The position numbers and the translations under genes are program-made. A stretch of DNA of 64,000 nt, taken from assembly GCF_004010195.1 (NCBI RefSeq), contig NC_057719.1, positions 42,548,742 through 42,612,741 of the forward strand. The letters run 5' to 3'. The DNA comes from Chiloscyllium plagiosum. Its lineage: Eukaryota. Within the stretch, counting starts at the first letter, position 1. Each line of letters opens with the position of its first letter. The notes under the pieces were generated by a model. It saw only the letters and a list, made by a program, of their open reading frames with translations, was not told where the DNA came from and made no database searches. Of the stretch, positions 23,921-38,329 are shown piece after piece.

Positions 23921-25540
23921 TTATATTCAAGAAAGGCAGATTACTTGTTCACATGTACACACTAGGTATACAAGAGGAATGGAGCTGCCAGATGACAGTT
24001 TGTAGGTTTTTAATACAGAAAATTTAATACAAAAGGAAATGATCACGGAAGAAAAATGTGGGGCAGGTGGATCGGGGGGAAGCAAAAGATCCATGGTTAT
24101 ACCATTTCCAAGTAGTAACTCATTACTAGAAAGTAGGGTGAAGATGAGATGGCAGAAACAACAACAAAGTTCTGAGTTTTGTTTTGCTCACAGCTGTACC
24201 TCTCCCTAAATAAAAATGCAGTTCATTATGTTTTTCTGTGAGTAATAAGAGCTAATCAACAGAATTTTCTCAAGCAAATTAAAACGGGCAGATTTATTGT
24301 TTGTTAAACCAGAGAAAAGTAATTAAAATATGACATCAAGCACACTTTATGTAGTCACTGAGCCCACGCACCCACACATACAAACACACACATACAAAGG
24401 AGGATAAAAGAATATACAGCTAAGAGTCATTTGGTTGTCTTTAAAGTGTAGAATTACTTTTAATTCTGAGGATGATGGTGTTTGTCTGAATTTTTAGATG
24501 TCATCAGTCATAATGTTGCAGTTATTGAAAATTCTCAGCTCCTGATAGAAGATTTAGGGCACACTGCATTTTGCAGAACCTGGTGTCTCTTCTGAAGAGA
24601 GACAGAGTCCTCACTCTGGATGTTACCACACTTTTTCAAATGTGTGTCTGCAGCAACAAATCCAGGTTTATAATCATGGCTCATCACAAGGGGACAGTAG
24701 GGGAATGGGTGGGTTGTTGGTGTAAAATCAGGACAATCTGTATTTACAATGCGTTTTGATGCTCCATCCAGAGTTCCCTATGATCTTTCGACATAAGTGA
24801 GCACAGTTCCAATCCTCCTCTTTGCATAATGAAATTCAGACTTAAAGTTTCATTCTGGAAAAACCTGCAGTCGAGGAGTTTCTTATTTCACACCCAACTG
24901 AGGGCAATTTGTTTGTTTTCTCACCTTCACCTTGCATTTTTCAAAGAGTTTGCCTTTTCTCAGTCACAGCAGTTCCATTTCTTTGTACATTCCTTGTCTA
25001 CTTTTGAGCTAATTGACCTTGGGAGCCATTTAGTTGTCCCAGATCATTCCTCAACTCCAAAATCCCAGACTTTTAAGTTGGCCAACAAGCTTTTTAAAAA
25101 TTAGTAGCCTGTATTTGATGTCACATTGACATTGTGTATGTTCTTGGTGATACATGATACAAAGGCATTCTGTTGTAGCTGGCCATGTGATGTGGAATGC
25201 CATCAGCTCCTTTGTGTTTACGTAATTGAAGGCATGCCTGCCTCCATCAGTCCTGTTCTCCTCCCTTTATTATGTGCCACCTTGACCTGCACGATAGAGG
25301 GAAGAATGTCAATGAGTGTGTTTTAATGTGTTTGGCTGATGTGCTTGTCATAGCTTCCAAATACCTGGAGTATTTGGAGGCTGCAGGAGGTGAGTATGCT
25401 CCTTGTATCATTGGAGATTGTGTGAGAGGAAGGTAGAATGTCTGAAAGTTATTCTTCAGTTCTGACTGCTCAAAATTGTTAATGGTTTAATGAAGTGGGG
25501 TGTGGTGCATTAAGCAGCATGAGAAGTTGACTGTGTAATG

Positions 25541-25675
25541 GGTAGGGGATATCATGCGTTCATTCACCTTGACCATCCATGTGAGGCTATAGAACTTTTT
25601 CCAGCACTACTGTCATTGTCTCAGGGTCAGACGCCTCACATTGATTGCCAAAACCATTTTCTCCCATTCCCACCA
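25541..25675 (-). mobile_element. Second PIF/Harbinger Myb/SANT-like relic
   Basis: Minus-strand translation EWEKMVLAINVRRLTLRQ*Q*CWKKFYSLTWMVK followed by gtgaat; matches the W..IA..VN...R...QC.KK..DL pattern. Confidence 0.55.
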
Positions 25676-26844
25676 GAGGGTGATGATCATTCCCTTAAGG
25701 AAACATGTTGACCTCTATTGCTAAGTGGCCTATCCATGAACCTGATAGCTCATGTTTTGCCTTGTTGCTCCATTTCTATTATTTATTCTTTCAGCCAATT
25801 GCTATATTGGTAGTTAGCAGCAGATTCATTCAGTGTTAGAAAACCTTCCCCTTAAAGAAGGGCAGCCTGTATTTAAGAACTGGAAATTAGTTGCAACACG
25901 TGCAACCAGCCAGGAGTACAGGTTGTGTTCAGCTGTGCATTACAATCAGGCAAATGAGAGGGAAATGTGATGTTTTGTGATGCTTGCTTAAACTGAGCAT
26001 GGAAGGATCAAATATCATGGCACCCAGTCTTCAAACTAGGGGCAGAATTTTCTTTTGCCCTTATTTTGTTTTAAATCAATTTGCAAACAACATTTTTTTA
26101 CATGTTTATTGCCAAATTGAACTGCAAAATTTAGATTAGCAGATATCATAAAATCGAGAATATGTTTACATTATAGTTAGCATCTGTACTGCAAAGTAAC
26201 GTTATTTTTAGTGTGTGGTTTGTTCGTCACAAACATGTAATTATCCCAGAACAGACATGACTGCTTGCCTATTGAAATTCTTTGAAAATTTTTGCCTTAC
26301 GCACAGTTAAGTGTGGGACCAGCAGAATAAATTCAATTGCATAAAATAAAAAACATTGAGAGTAAGTTAATGACCCCTGGATGATTCATAATGAACATAC
26401 CTATTGTGTTGATTCCTAAAGATTCATATGAGCTAACTACTGCTAAGCAACAGTCATTGCATAAGCTTATACTGGAGAAGTGTAAAGTAATGCACTATTA
26501 GTTGGCTTTTTTTTAACTATACCCTTTAAAATAAAAAATGAATAATGCATTCAGCTTGTTGAAAATGTATTCAAACAAGAATATGTTTTGAAGTACCAGA
26601 AAATTGAACTAGAATAAATGGATGGATGAATCTCCTTCAAGAACAGCTTGTAACCCAATATCTAACATATGCAATGACAGATTCATTGCCATTCTCAGCA
26701 GTCTACTAAATCACACAGCCTACCTGTTTTTTGTAAAAATTAAACTTTATTTAACGTGAGGAAGTATTGACTATGCCTTGAAATAAGTTGTTTCAATGTT
26801 TGACATTTAAACTATTCACAAATATATTCATGATTTACTAACTT

Positions 26845-27935
26845 AAATCCCTCCAAGTTTGCAGACCACATAAAGCTGGGTGAAAGGGCAAACTGTGAAG
26901 AAGGTGCTGTTATGCCTCAGTTGATTTGGGCAAGTTGAGTGAGAGTAAAATTGCAAGGCAGAGATTATCCACTCTAGCAGATTATTATCTGAATGGTGAT
27001 GGATTGGGAAAGGAGATAGAGCAATGATTAGGGGATGTCCTTGTGCACGAGTTACTGAAAGTAAGCATGCAGGTACAGTAGTTAGTGAAGATTGCTAATG
27101 GTTTGTTGGCCTTCATAGGGTGAAGATTCAAGTACAGCAATAGAAATGACTTGTGTTTGTACAGGGGCTTGGTGAGACTATACCTGGAGTATTGTGTGCA
27201 GGTTGATCTCCTTATCAGAGGAAGTTCATACCTCTGGCTATGGAGGGAATGTAACCAAGATTTACCAGACTGATTTCTGGGAATGGGAGAACTGTCATAT
27301 GCAAAATACCTCTCAAGAGGCCAGTATCCCATCACCAAGTTACCCTTTATTTACACATGGAGAGTCCTTAATTCTGATCTATCTCTCTCAGAGCCAACTC
27401 TCAGTGTGAACAGGATGTCTGATAGTCCTTATCTGTCAGCCAGGACTCTCTGAGTGGAACAGACTAAAAGCCCCAAAGCACCTGGCTGACCTCATTACAC
27501 TCTCAACATTATGAAGAGGCACTAGTTCGGTTAGGAATTTACTCATTTGGCATTTAGAAGAATGAGGGGATATCTCAAATAAACCTATAACGTTCTAACA
27601 GGATCAGAGAAGGCAAACACAGGAAGAATGTTCCTGCCGACTAAGGAGTCCAGAGGTAGGGGGTCACAGTCTAAGGTAGGCCATTTATAATTGAGATGAG
27701 GAATAATATCTTCGCTCTGAGAGTGGTGAGCCTGTGAAATTCTATCTTACAGATCACGGTTGAGTCTAAAACATTGAATGCTTTCAAGAATGAGTTAGAT
27801 ATAGTTTTTAGCAGTAAAGGGATCAAAGGGTATGGGGAGAAAGTGGGACCAGGATACCAAGTTGGATGATCAGCCATGATCATATTGAGTGTCAAAGCAG
27901 GCCTGAAGGGCTGAATGGCCTACTCTTGCTCCTAT
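26845..27935 (+). mobile_element. CR1 3' fragment interrupted by a solo LTR
   Basis: SKFADH.KL, LYRGLVRLYLEYCVQ and a CR1 3' UTR. Confidence 0.8.
27300..27508 (-). mobile_element. Solo Gypsy LTR (same family as the 29.7-31.5 kb element)
   Basis: Shares CCATCACCAAGT..CCCTTTATTTAC...CTGGCTGACCTCATT with both LTRs at 29.7 and 31.3 kb; TG...CA ends. Confidence 0.7.
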
Positions 27936-29690
27936 TTTTTTACCCTGCATATGCCAAAATCTTTGAGTTAACACATCCAAGGGATAGGGAGATTTCTATG
28001 ATCCTTGTGAAGACTGATCACTTTGAAAAAGTGAATTCAAACATCCGATTGATAGCTGAAACAATGGTGTGACAAAATTTCAAAGCTTTTACTGTATCAA
28101 ATGGACAAAATGTACTATGGATTAAACACAATATTTAGTAGACAATTTGTACTTAAATTGCAGAACATGAATTCTCCCTTTTACTTCTAATACCAACTAA
28201 ATTCTCCATGTCACAGGTATACTTTACATTGTTCTTTATGTATTCATTTCATTTTCCTGGACCAAGTCCAAAGTGAGCTCCTGTGGGCTTACTTCCACTA
28301 CTTTTCTTTTCCAGCAAAACATATTGTGAGGTTTCTCTTGGCAATATTGTCTCTTGGACAGGCTAGACAGATCATTCAGAATCATCTCAAAATCACACAA
28401 ATTTGTTCCTGTCAGTTGAATGCGAGCTCCCAGCCACATTCATGCCCAGTGAACTATATAGCTGCTCCCTCTCTACCAGATCCAGTGCAGACTGCCTGTG
28501 TCTGTGCACATTATGTGGCACCTTTCTGCTCCTCTTAAAGCCATTCTTCATGAATTACATGGATCTTGTTTCCAGGCAGAAATATTGATCCTTGAGATTG
28601 CAACTCCCTTTTATCTTGGAAGTACCAACTGAATTAAAAGCGTAACTATTCACAGCCCAACAGTCTCAACATGTCCTGGGACATTGGTGACTATGCATTT
28701 AACCATTTTAAACACAAATATAGCTGCCATTATCTCCAAGTGTAAAATCTTATACACTTTTTCCCACCCAAAGCATATGGGTCTTCCATTAATCTCTGTT
28801 TGCCCCTCATCCAGGCCTGTTGGCAGACAGACTTCCTAACAGCTCATATAACCCATTCGTTTTATCCTAAAGACAGTACCAATGTCATAAATATAACAAT
28901 TTTATAAATCTCATAATTGCAACATAATAAATTACAAATCGCCTGTAAACATCTTGTTTTACTTTTATATTTCAATCCAGATCATATAGCATCTATTATT
29001 TTGTTTGTTCCAGGTAACCAGCTATCCATAGGAGCCTAGGGTTCAGCTTTGTAAGCTAACATCTTCTGTATCTGTTCTAATTGCTTGAATCACTTGTTTC
29101 CGAATTCTTTTCAAAAATAAGCCCTCAGTGTATTCATTACAGCATAATATGTCATTAAGTTTCTAATCATGTTTGAGGACCAATATTATAGATATTTTCT
29201 AATCAATCTGTGGATAGATGTTATGATACATTCCTGGAGCAGGTAGGACTTGAATCCAGGCCTCCTGGCTCAGAGTTAGGGACACAATCACTGTGCTACA
29301 ACAGTCTTTCATAGGTCAACACTATAACATATTAAATTCAGATGACTCTTATAAGACATCAATTGAGTTGTTGACCAATATGAATTGAGGAAATATCCAT
29401 CTGATTCTGAAATGAAGCAGTGATTGTGAAATAACAAGCATATTCTAGTCTTACAATATTTTCTGACCAAACAATTGAACTTTGAATACTATCAGATTTA
29501 CTTATCACAACTAGTCAATTTTCTGCACTCTTCTTTCACTGTAGCTGTGCCATCTCAGCACAGGCTAGGAATTGAATTTATGACCTTTCTTGTCATTGTG
29601 GTTAGCTGTTGATTAACTAATTCCATTAAATTAGAAAGCCTCTTCACTATATGCATTGAACATTGCTTCATCCTGTTTAACAGAGTCAGT

Positions 29691-31520
29691 TGTAAGAGAG
29701 GTTTTAGAGCAATAGGGACAGGTGGGCCAGACTCCCATCACCAAGTCACCCTTTATTTACATGTACATTGGACTTGACACTGGTCTGGCTTCCTCAGAAC
29801 CAGCTCTCAGAGTGAACAGAATCTCTGACACTCCTGTTCATAACTGTCAGCCAGGGCACCCTGATTGGACCAGATTAATAGCTCCAATCAGGGAGCTGGT
29901 ATTCTATGAGATCCATCTGGCTGACCTCATTCCCCCACCCCATCCCAATCCGGGGAAGTAACCCTGTCCTTTCTCCTGCAGCCTCAGCTACGGGTATGGT
30001 TTTCTCTGACTCAGCCTCAGATGAAATTCACCGGATCATAGCCTGCCTATCGTGCCAGGAGGGCTTTGGACGAAATTCATCCATTTCTTCATCCGGTAGA
30101 GGTATCAAGGCTGCAACATCCACCATGTTCATCGCAGACTCCAAGGTTTCTTTGACGTTAGACAGAGGGGGAGAAACCATGGGTTCCAACAGGCTTTCCG
30201 GCTATTCTGAGGGGCCAGGTATGTTTTGCTCCTACCCCATTTGTAAGTTTGCAGCTTTCATGTGGTCCACATGCTTGTTCAGGACCGCTTCACCTTCCAG
30301 AATTTTGTACAACATGGGACCTGACCTTGCATTGACTGTGCCTGTTACCCATGCCTGTAAGACAAATGGCACTGTGTGGGCTTTGCAAAATCGTCAATTT
30401 ACTTCCTGGTTAATGCACAAGGTGGTCTTGGCTCCTTTGATAGTCCCTAGCCCTTCCTGGAAAACATTTGGATATTTATTTAAGACTTCACTCAGACAGC
30501 CATTTTCTAATCGACAAATGGCGAGCCAATCTAGATGAATCTTTCTCAACCAATTTCACCCTATCAAGCTTAGGCTTGAGCCTTCTATTACAGTCAGTGG
30601 TAACTGAACTGGCTGCTTCTCATAAAAGACGAGAACAGAAGTTGTACCATTAATCTGTAAAGATTCCCCAGCACAGGTTCTCAGTCTAGTCAAGCTCTTA
30701 CACAAACTTAAGGGTTGGAGTCCAGAGTGAATTTTGTTAAAGACTGGTTCTGAAATTACTTATATAGCTGCACTGGAATTAATCTCCCTTAAATGGGTAA
30801 CCATTTAACCAGACAATTATGTTGATTAGTTCTAATTTTGATGTTGCTTTAAGCAATTTAACTCTTCCAAGCCAGATATAGGTGGACTTTCCAGTATATG
30901 CACTCTCCTTGATACCAGACTATGAGTTCTTTTACTTGATTTAGTCTAGTGGAATTCTTTTGCTGTCTCGGGTCTGCATACTAACAGCAACTACAATGCC
31001 AGATCCTGAAGAATATTTTAACCATTTGGCCAAGGCTTGGCTTTGTTTTGGTTATTTGCTGTGGGCTGACCTAGAATCCCCTTTGTTCAGGGCATATCCT
31101 GAGTGAGGCTATGCAATTGCCTTCACTCAAATGGTGTTCCCCAAGTGAACATGTGGGTGTCTACTTCCATCAGCATACCATGTAACTCATATGCTCCACT
31201 TGCCACTTTTCGTAATGACAAAGCCAGTTGTAGTTCTTGTTTGAAGTCCGGTTCAACTTCAGCTAGTAGGACCTTTTGTATGGTTACATCATTAATCCCA
31301 CTCTCGTCACCACTAAAATAACTCTACAGAGGCTGGTATCCAGTCACCAAGTCATCCTTTATTTACGTATGCATAGTACTTGTCACTGGTTTGTTTTCCT
31401 CAGAGCCACCTCTGACACTCTGTCAGCCAGGGCTCTCTGACTGAACCACATTAACAGCCCCAATCAGGGAACATGAGATATTCTATGAGGCCCACCTAGT
31501 TGACCTCATTGCAATCACTG
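29691..31520 (-). mobile_element. Internally deleted Gypsy LTR retrotransposon
   Basis: Two LTRs (about 31315-31520 and 29691-29930); PBS-like TGGTGACGAG at about 31303-31312; gag GINDVTIQKVLLAE; decayed protease WLNG...; integrase C-terminus RSGPMLYK...KHVDHM; polypurine tract at 29931-29940; no RT core visible. Confidence 0.75.
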
Positions 31521-33529
31521 TATGAGCAATTGCACTTTATGTCAACAGTCATAGTGATGTTGTTTTCTTTTCAATGGCAACTGGATAGGGTAGCAGAAGA
31601 TAAGTTATGATTTGTTGCATTTCTTTTGTACTGGGCTAGAGTGTCAGTATATAAGGAAGTATAACCTGGTGTGGGTTTCAACACCAACAGCCTCCAAGTG
31701 TGAATGCTATCAGTTGAGCTGTATGAGTAGGGTTGTATCTGCTTTCTTGATGGGAGGTCAGTGTTATCCTACCTCTTCAGAATCCTAAATATCTAACAAG
31801 TTTGCGTGACTTTACAGTGACTGAAACTGGGGCCTCTTTTTATTTCATAGTATCTAATGGAATGAGGAAGAAAATGTATTTTCAACTTCTAACAAAATGT
31901 TATTCACTGCTTTGAAAAACACAAAAAGGGAACTTTGTGAATTGATCAACCACTTACTTCTAATTCTGAGAAAGCTAACTATATTTAATTCCTCTTGCTG
32001 CTAAACAGTCATTGTGTCAACTTCCTCAGCTTTGTGCATCTACTGATAAATATTTAAAATATTAAATGCATTTTGTAGATACTTTTTGGTCATGATACAA
32101 TCATGAAAATATACATCTGTTTTAGGCAATTATGTTTATTCCAATTCAGGCTGTATTCTGACTTCTGATGTAGTGAGTATTAACACAAATATATATATAA
32201 TAGACCTCATTTAGAATCATTTAAAAAATACATTTGTTGCCATTCTTCCTGTTTCATTGGATCTGGCACCATAACTTGACCCTCGCAAAGAACTATACAT
32301 GTATATGAACGGGCTAAGGCAGCAGGGAAATATATATTATCATGAAATATATCTACTAATACCATTCTTGATCCACCAGTTAAGAGCCATATCAATTCAT
32401 CTGCGAATGACATTCCACCAGTTCTCTCTACCTATCATCCTTCATGATGATGACTAAATAAACATCCTTCCATTCAAAGAAGGAATAAAATATACTGCCA
32501 TTGTGCTACCACAGGAAAACATCAGTTAAAATAAATATCACTTTCATTTTACAAGTATAGATGTAACAGAATAAATGCATAGTAGAATTGTACAAATTTT
32601 TATGGACTGTAGACTTGTAAGACCTGTGTACAACTCGGACATATCCAAGTAACATAAGTCTGATGATCGAATCTGTCATGAACTTATCAAATATGTTTAA
32701 TGTGAGAGAAGTAACATAGAATTAATTTAAAATACTCTTCATTGGACCAAACATTACTTGTGTAAAAGCTTTAATTCAATAATGCAGTCCAAGTCTTATT
32801 TTAGCAATCACAGTTTGTGTACTGACAGCTTCACATTTTACAAAATGTCTGCCACAATGCCAACCATGCCTTCTGATCTCCTGGATAAAATGTTTTATTA
32901 GTTTGCTTCTCACCTTCCCCACAAAGACATAATTTATTATATTAGAAGAACTGGTCATTGTAGCTCAGTAGGTCCCAGACCATGATGATCCATGCACAGC
33001 TGCACATACTACCTAAAATAAAGACAACTCTTGTCTGATTGGTTCTGGATAACCCACCAGCAAACACACCCAACGACATGTCATCTCCACCACCATCATC
33101 ACCACCACCCTCCTCCACACACATAGACACTTCCCTAATGAAGTGACTCAGCATTACTTCCTGACTGCAGAATGATAAACAGATAAGATAGGCAGAACAT
33201 GACATACCCAGAACTGTGCTTTGTATCTGTGTAAGGGATCAGCACTGTGTAGTGAACAAAATTTGTTTGGTGTTGTGTTTATATTACCAAATGAAAAGCT
33301 ACCAATTCCATGGGAAAATCTGCTGAATTCATCCTGAAGACAATTAGAAATCCTCACATTACTATATGTTGTGTCGACATAGTCCTAACATGTACATTTT
33401 TGTGTATGTTCTAGCACATTTCAGGGGGAGCAAAAGCAGTGGCAATACATATTTGGTTCCCTTTTCAGGTACAAGATTGATAGCGTAATAGCTATCGTAT
33501 AATTAGTTTCAAATAGTTTGCAATAATGT

Positions 33530-36500
33530 TTAGCTATTGTACCAGAGTCAGGGATGTCTCAGATCGAATCTATAGGATTCTTATGGGAGAGTGAGAGAAA
33601 CCAGAAGTTGTGGTAAACATCAGTACCAATGACATATGTAGGAAAAGGGATAAGGACCTGAACAGTGAATATAAGGAGCTATGTTGGCAGGAAGGCAGGA
33701 CGAGCAGAGTAGTAATCTCAGGATTGCTACTGGTGCCACGAGCTACTGAGGCTAGGAATTGAACTGAATTGCATTGAATTGAATTTATTGTTATGTGTAC
33801 CGAGACACAGTGAAAAGCTTTGTCTTGTGAGCAATACAAGCAGATCACATGGTTAAGTAGCATAGATAGTAAATAATAGGTAAACAGCGGCAAAAACAAA
33901 ATTACAGGTGAATGTTAAGAGTTTGTGAGTCCATTCGATATTCTAACAACAGTAAGGTAGAAACTGTTGCAAAACCAGCTGGTGCGTGTGTTCAGGCTTC
34001 TGTACCTTCTCCCCGATGGTAGAGGTTGTAGAAAAACATTGCCAGGGTGAGATGAATCTTTAAGAGTGCTGGCGGCCTTTCCTTGACAGTGGGCCTGGTT
34101 GATGGATTCTATAGATGGGAGGTTGGCCTTTGTGATCGTCCGAGCCGAGTTCACCACTCTCTGTAATTGTCTCCAACCTTGAATGGTACAGTTGTCATAC
34201 CAGGTAGTGATACATCTAGACAGAATACTCTCGATGGCACACCAATAAAAGTTGGCAAGGGTATTCGCCATCATCCCAAATTTCCTCAGCTGCCTGAGGA
34301 AGAAGAGACATTGTTGGGGTTTTGTAACCAGAACATCCATATGAAGTGTCCAAAAAAGCTTGTGGATGACCACTCCCAGGAGCTTAACACTCTCCATTCA
34401 TTTCACCTGTAAATGTTAATGTGTAGGGGGGGCATGAGTATCATCCCACCAAAAGTCAATAATGAGTTCCATGGTTTTGCTGGCATTAAGTGCTAGGTTG
34501 TTCTCAGTGTACCATTTTTCCAGGTCTATAGTCTGTTTCACTGCCATCTGAGATTCAACCGACTATGGTGGTGTCATCAGTGAACCTGTAAATGGCATTA
34601 GTCTGGTATTTGGTGACGCAGTCATGGGTATACAGTGAGTACAGTAAGGGACTGAGTACGCATCCCTGGGGTCTCCAGTGTTGAGGAACAGAGAACAAGT
34701 GCAGATAAACACATGGCTGCAGGGCTGGTGTAGAAGGGAGTGCTTCAGATATATGGATCATTGAGATACCTTCTGTACAAGAAGGATGGCTTGCACCTGA
34801 ATTGGAGGGGCACCAATATCCTTGATGGGAGGTTTGCTAAAGCTCTTCTGGAGAGTTTAAACTAGATTGGCAATGGAGGAGGAATAGGTAGTTGATAGGG
34901 CAAAGGTGCAGTCAGTGTGATGTGTCTATTTTAATGCAAGAAGTATCAGGAATAAGGGTGAAGAACTTAGAGCTTGGTTCAGTACTTGGAACAATGATAT
35001 TGTGGCCAATACGGAGATTTAGATATTACAGGGACAGGAATGGTTGTTGGATATTCCAGGGTTTAGATGTTTCAAAAGGAATAGAGGGGGAGTTAAAAGA
35101 GGTGGAGGAATGGCATTGCTAATCAGGGAGAGTATCACAGCTGCAGAAAGGGAGGTCATCGAAGAGGGTTTGTCTACAGAGTCAGTATGGGTGGAAGTCA
35201 GATACAGGAAAAGGGCAGCCACTTTATTGAGAGTTTTCTACAGACCCCCCAATAGCAGTAGAGACACAGAGGAGCAGATTGGAGGCAGATTTTGGAAAGG
35301 TGCAGAAGTAACAGGGTTGTTGTCAGGGGTGACTTTAACTTCCCTAATATTGATTGGAATCTCTTTATTTCAAATAGTTTGGATGGAGCAATTTTTATCA
35401 GGTGCATCCAGGAAGGGTTTCTGACTCAATATGTAGATAGGCCAACTAGAGGGGAGGCCCTATTGGATTTAGTGCTTTTCAATGAACTGTGCCAGGCATT
35501 CGATCTCTTGGTGGGAGAGCATTTTGGTGCTAGTGATCACAACTTCTTGACCTTTACTCTACTCATGGAGAGGGATAGGAGCAGATGGATGGTATGGAAA
35601 AATATTTAACTGGGGGAGGGGGAATTACAATGCTATTAGGCAGGAACTGGGGTGCCTAAATTGGGAACAGATCTTCTCAGGGAAATGCATGACAGAAATG
35701 AGGAGGCTGTTTAGGGAGCACTTGCTGAGAGTGCTGAACAGGTTTGTCTCACTGAAGCAAGGAAGGGATGGTAGGTTGAAAGAATCTTGGATGACAAGGG
35801 ATATGGAACATCTAGTCAAGAGGGAGAAGGAAGCTTACTTAAGGTTGGGGAGGCAAGGATCAGACAGTGCTCTAGTGGATTACAAGGTAACCAAGAAGGA
35901 ACTGAAGAATGAACTTAGGAGAGCTAGAAGGGGGCTTGAAAAACCTTTAGTAGGTAGGATTAAGGACATCCCTAAGGCGTTTTACACTTATGTGAGGGAC
36001 AAGAGGATGGCTAGCGTGAGGGTAGGGCCGATCAGGGATAGCGGAGGGAACTTGTGCCTGGATTTGAAGGAGATAAGGGAGGTCTTTAATGAATACTTTG
36101 CTTCAGTATTCACTACTGAGAGGGACTTTGACATTTGTGAGGACAGCATGAAACAGACTGATCTGCATGAACAGGTTGACGTGAAGAAGTAAGATGTGCT
36201 GAAAACTTTGAAAAACATAAGGGTAGATAAGTTCCCCTGGGCCAGATAGGACATACTCAAGGTTACTACAGGAAGTGAGGGAAGAGATTGCTGCACCTTG
36301 GCAATGATTTTTGCATGCTCACTGTCCACTGGAGTAGTGCCAAATGATTGGCAGGCAGCAAACCATTGTTCAAGAAAGGGAATAGGGATAATCCTGGGAA
36401 CTACAGACCAATCAGTCTTACGGTTGTGTTGGGCAAAATATTGGAGAGGATTTTGAGAGACAGGATTTATGATTACTTGGAAAACCATAGCTTAATTAGA

Positions 36501-37725
36501 GATAGTCAGCATGGTTTTGTGAGGGGCAGGTCACGCCTCACAAACCTTATTGAATCCTTTGAGTATGTGGCAAAACACATTGATGACTGTAGAGCAGTTG
36601 ATATGGTGTACATGGATTTCAGAAAGGCGTTTGATAAGGTTCCCCACAGTAGACTCATTCAGAAAGAAAGGGGGCATGGGATACAGGGAAATTTGTTTGT
36701 CTGGATACAGAATTAGCTGGTCCTTAGAAGACAGAGGGTGTTGGTAGATGGAAAGTATTCAGCCTGGAGCTTGGTGACCAGTGATGTTCCGCAGGGATCA
36801 GTTCTGGGACTTCTGCTCATTGTGATTTTGACTTGGATCAGAAAGTGGAAGGGATGGTAGTAAGTCTGCCAATGACATAAAGGCTGGTGAAGTGGTGGAT
36901 AGTGTGGAGAGCTGTTGTAGGTTGTAATGGAACATTGACAGGATGCAGAGCTAGGCTGATAAGTGGCAGATAAAGTTCAACCTGGAAAAATGTGAAGTGA
37001 TTCATTTTGGAAGATCAAATTTTAAAGCAGAATACAGGGTTAAAGGCAGGATTCTTGACAGTGTGGAGGAACAAAGGGATTTTGAGTTCCATGTCCACTG
37101 ATCTCTCAAAGTTGTCACCCAAGTTGATAGAGTTGTTAAAAAGGCATATGGTGTGTTGGCTTTCATTAGCAGGGGGATTGAGTTTAAGAGCTGTGCTCTG
37201 TAGAGCCCTGGTTCAGCCACACTTGGAATATTGTGTTCAGTTCTGGTCACCTCACTATAGGAAGAATGTGGAAGCTTTAAAAATGTTGCAGAGGAGATTT
37301 ACCAGGATAATGCCGGTAAGGTTGAGGGAGCTACAGTTTTTCTCATTGGAGCACAAAAGATGAGAGGTGACTTGATAGAGTTGTACAAGATGATGAGAGA
37401 CATAGATAGAGTGGATAGCCAAAGATGTTTTCCCAGGACAGAAATGGCTATCATGACGGGGCATAATTTTAAGATGATTGGAGGAAGGTTTAGGGGAGAT
37501 GTCAGGGGTAGGTTCTTTACACAGAGAGTGGTGGTTGCATGGAATGCACTGCCGGCAGTGGAAGTAGAGTCAGATATATTAGGGACATTTAAGCGACTCT
37601 TGGATAGGCACATGGAAGATAGCATAATGAAGGGTTAGTCTGATCTTAGCGTAGGATAAAAAAATCGGCACAACATCGAGGGCCGAAGGGCCTGTACTAT
37701 GCTGTACTGTTCTATGTTCTATGTT
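33530..37725 (+). mobile_element. Near-complete CR1 LINE (ORF1 esterase part + ORF2 APE-RT, multiple stops/frameshifts), split by a Rex1 insertion
   Basis: VVVNISTND (esterase), RGGGMAL, FYRPP, GDFNFPNIDW, PGNYRPISL, QHGFVRGRS, YMDFRKAFDKVPH, VPQGSVLG; (TTCTATG)n tail at about 37709-37725. Confidence 0.92.
33759..34683 (-). mobile_element. Rex1/Babar-type LINE, 5'-truncated, nested in CR1 ORF1
   Basis: PQGCVLSPLLYSLYTHDC...RFTDDTTIVG; FFLRQLRKFG...FYWCAIESIL..CITTWY; AATAAA followed by an (ATTCA)n-like tail; AGGAA flanks at 33754-33758 and 34684-34688. Confidence 0.85.
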
Positions 37726-38329
37726 CCAAAACTGCCCAGAACCCAGTCCATTGACAATCATCTGCTAGAAGCCATCTCAATGCATGTTTGATAGAAATTG
37801 ATGTTCAAGGTGATGCAGTCAGTCAGATAAGCTGACTTTTGCCACTGAACAGGAACAGTAACGTCATGCCATTCAACTTCCATTGCATGCAGGTTTTCTC
37901 ATGATATTGCTGTATATCTGTTGCCTACCATGTCTCTTTTTCTCATCTCCCATTGCTCCCTCCTGCCCTTTCCAGCTCTGCAACACTCCTTTCCATTCCA
38001 TCCTACTAGCCACTCCCTCCAGCTCGCTTTGCCAATACTACTTGCTCGTCTGTGTTTTTTTTCAGAAATCTCAGTCATCTTCATTGACATTGTTCAAGGG
38101 TATGCCAAAAAAGTGTAGCTTTTGATGTTATCATAGTTCTGCTACAGTTCAAACGTAACCACACTTCATCATAATAAGACAGCAACTGACTTGAGAATCT
38201 ATCTTGGACTCCCAGCAATTTCACACCTAAATTATGGCCCTTAGCAACATCACAAAACATGACATTAGGCGCCAGATATAAACCCCAGTTTACCTTGTTA
38301 CCAGCTCTCCCAAACTACCTAATGCCTGT

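Noticed and set aside
29906..30538. 210-aa plus-strand ORF
   Set aside because: Antisense to Gypsy pol remnants, with no recognisable domain.
32960..33080. ILPKIK phrase resembling PLE RT
   Set aside because: Too short and frameshifted to support a call.
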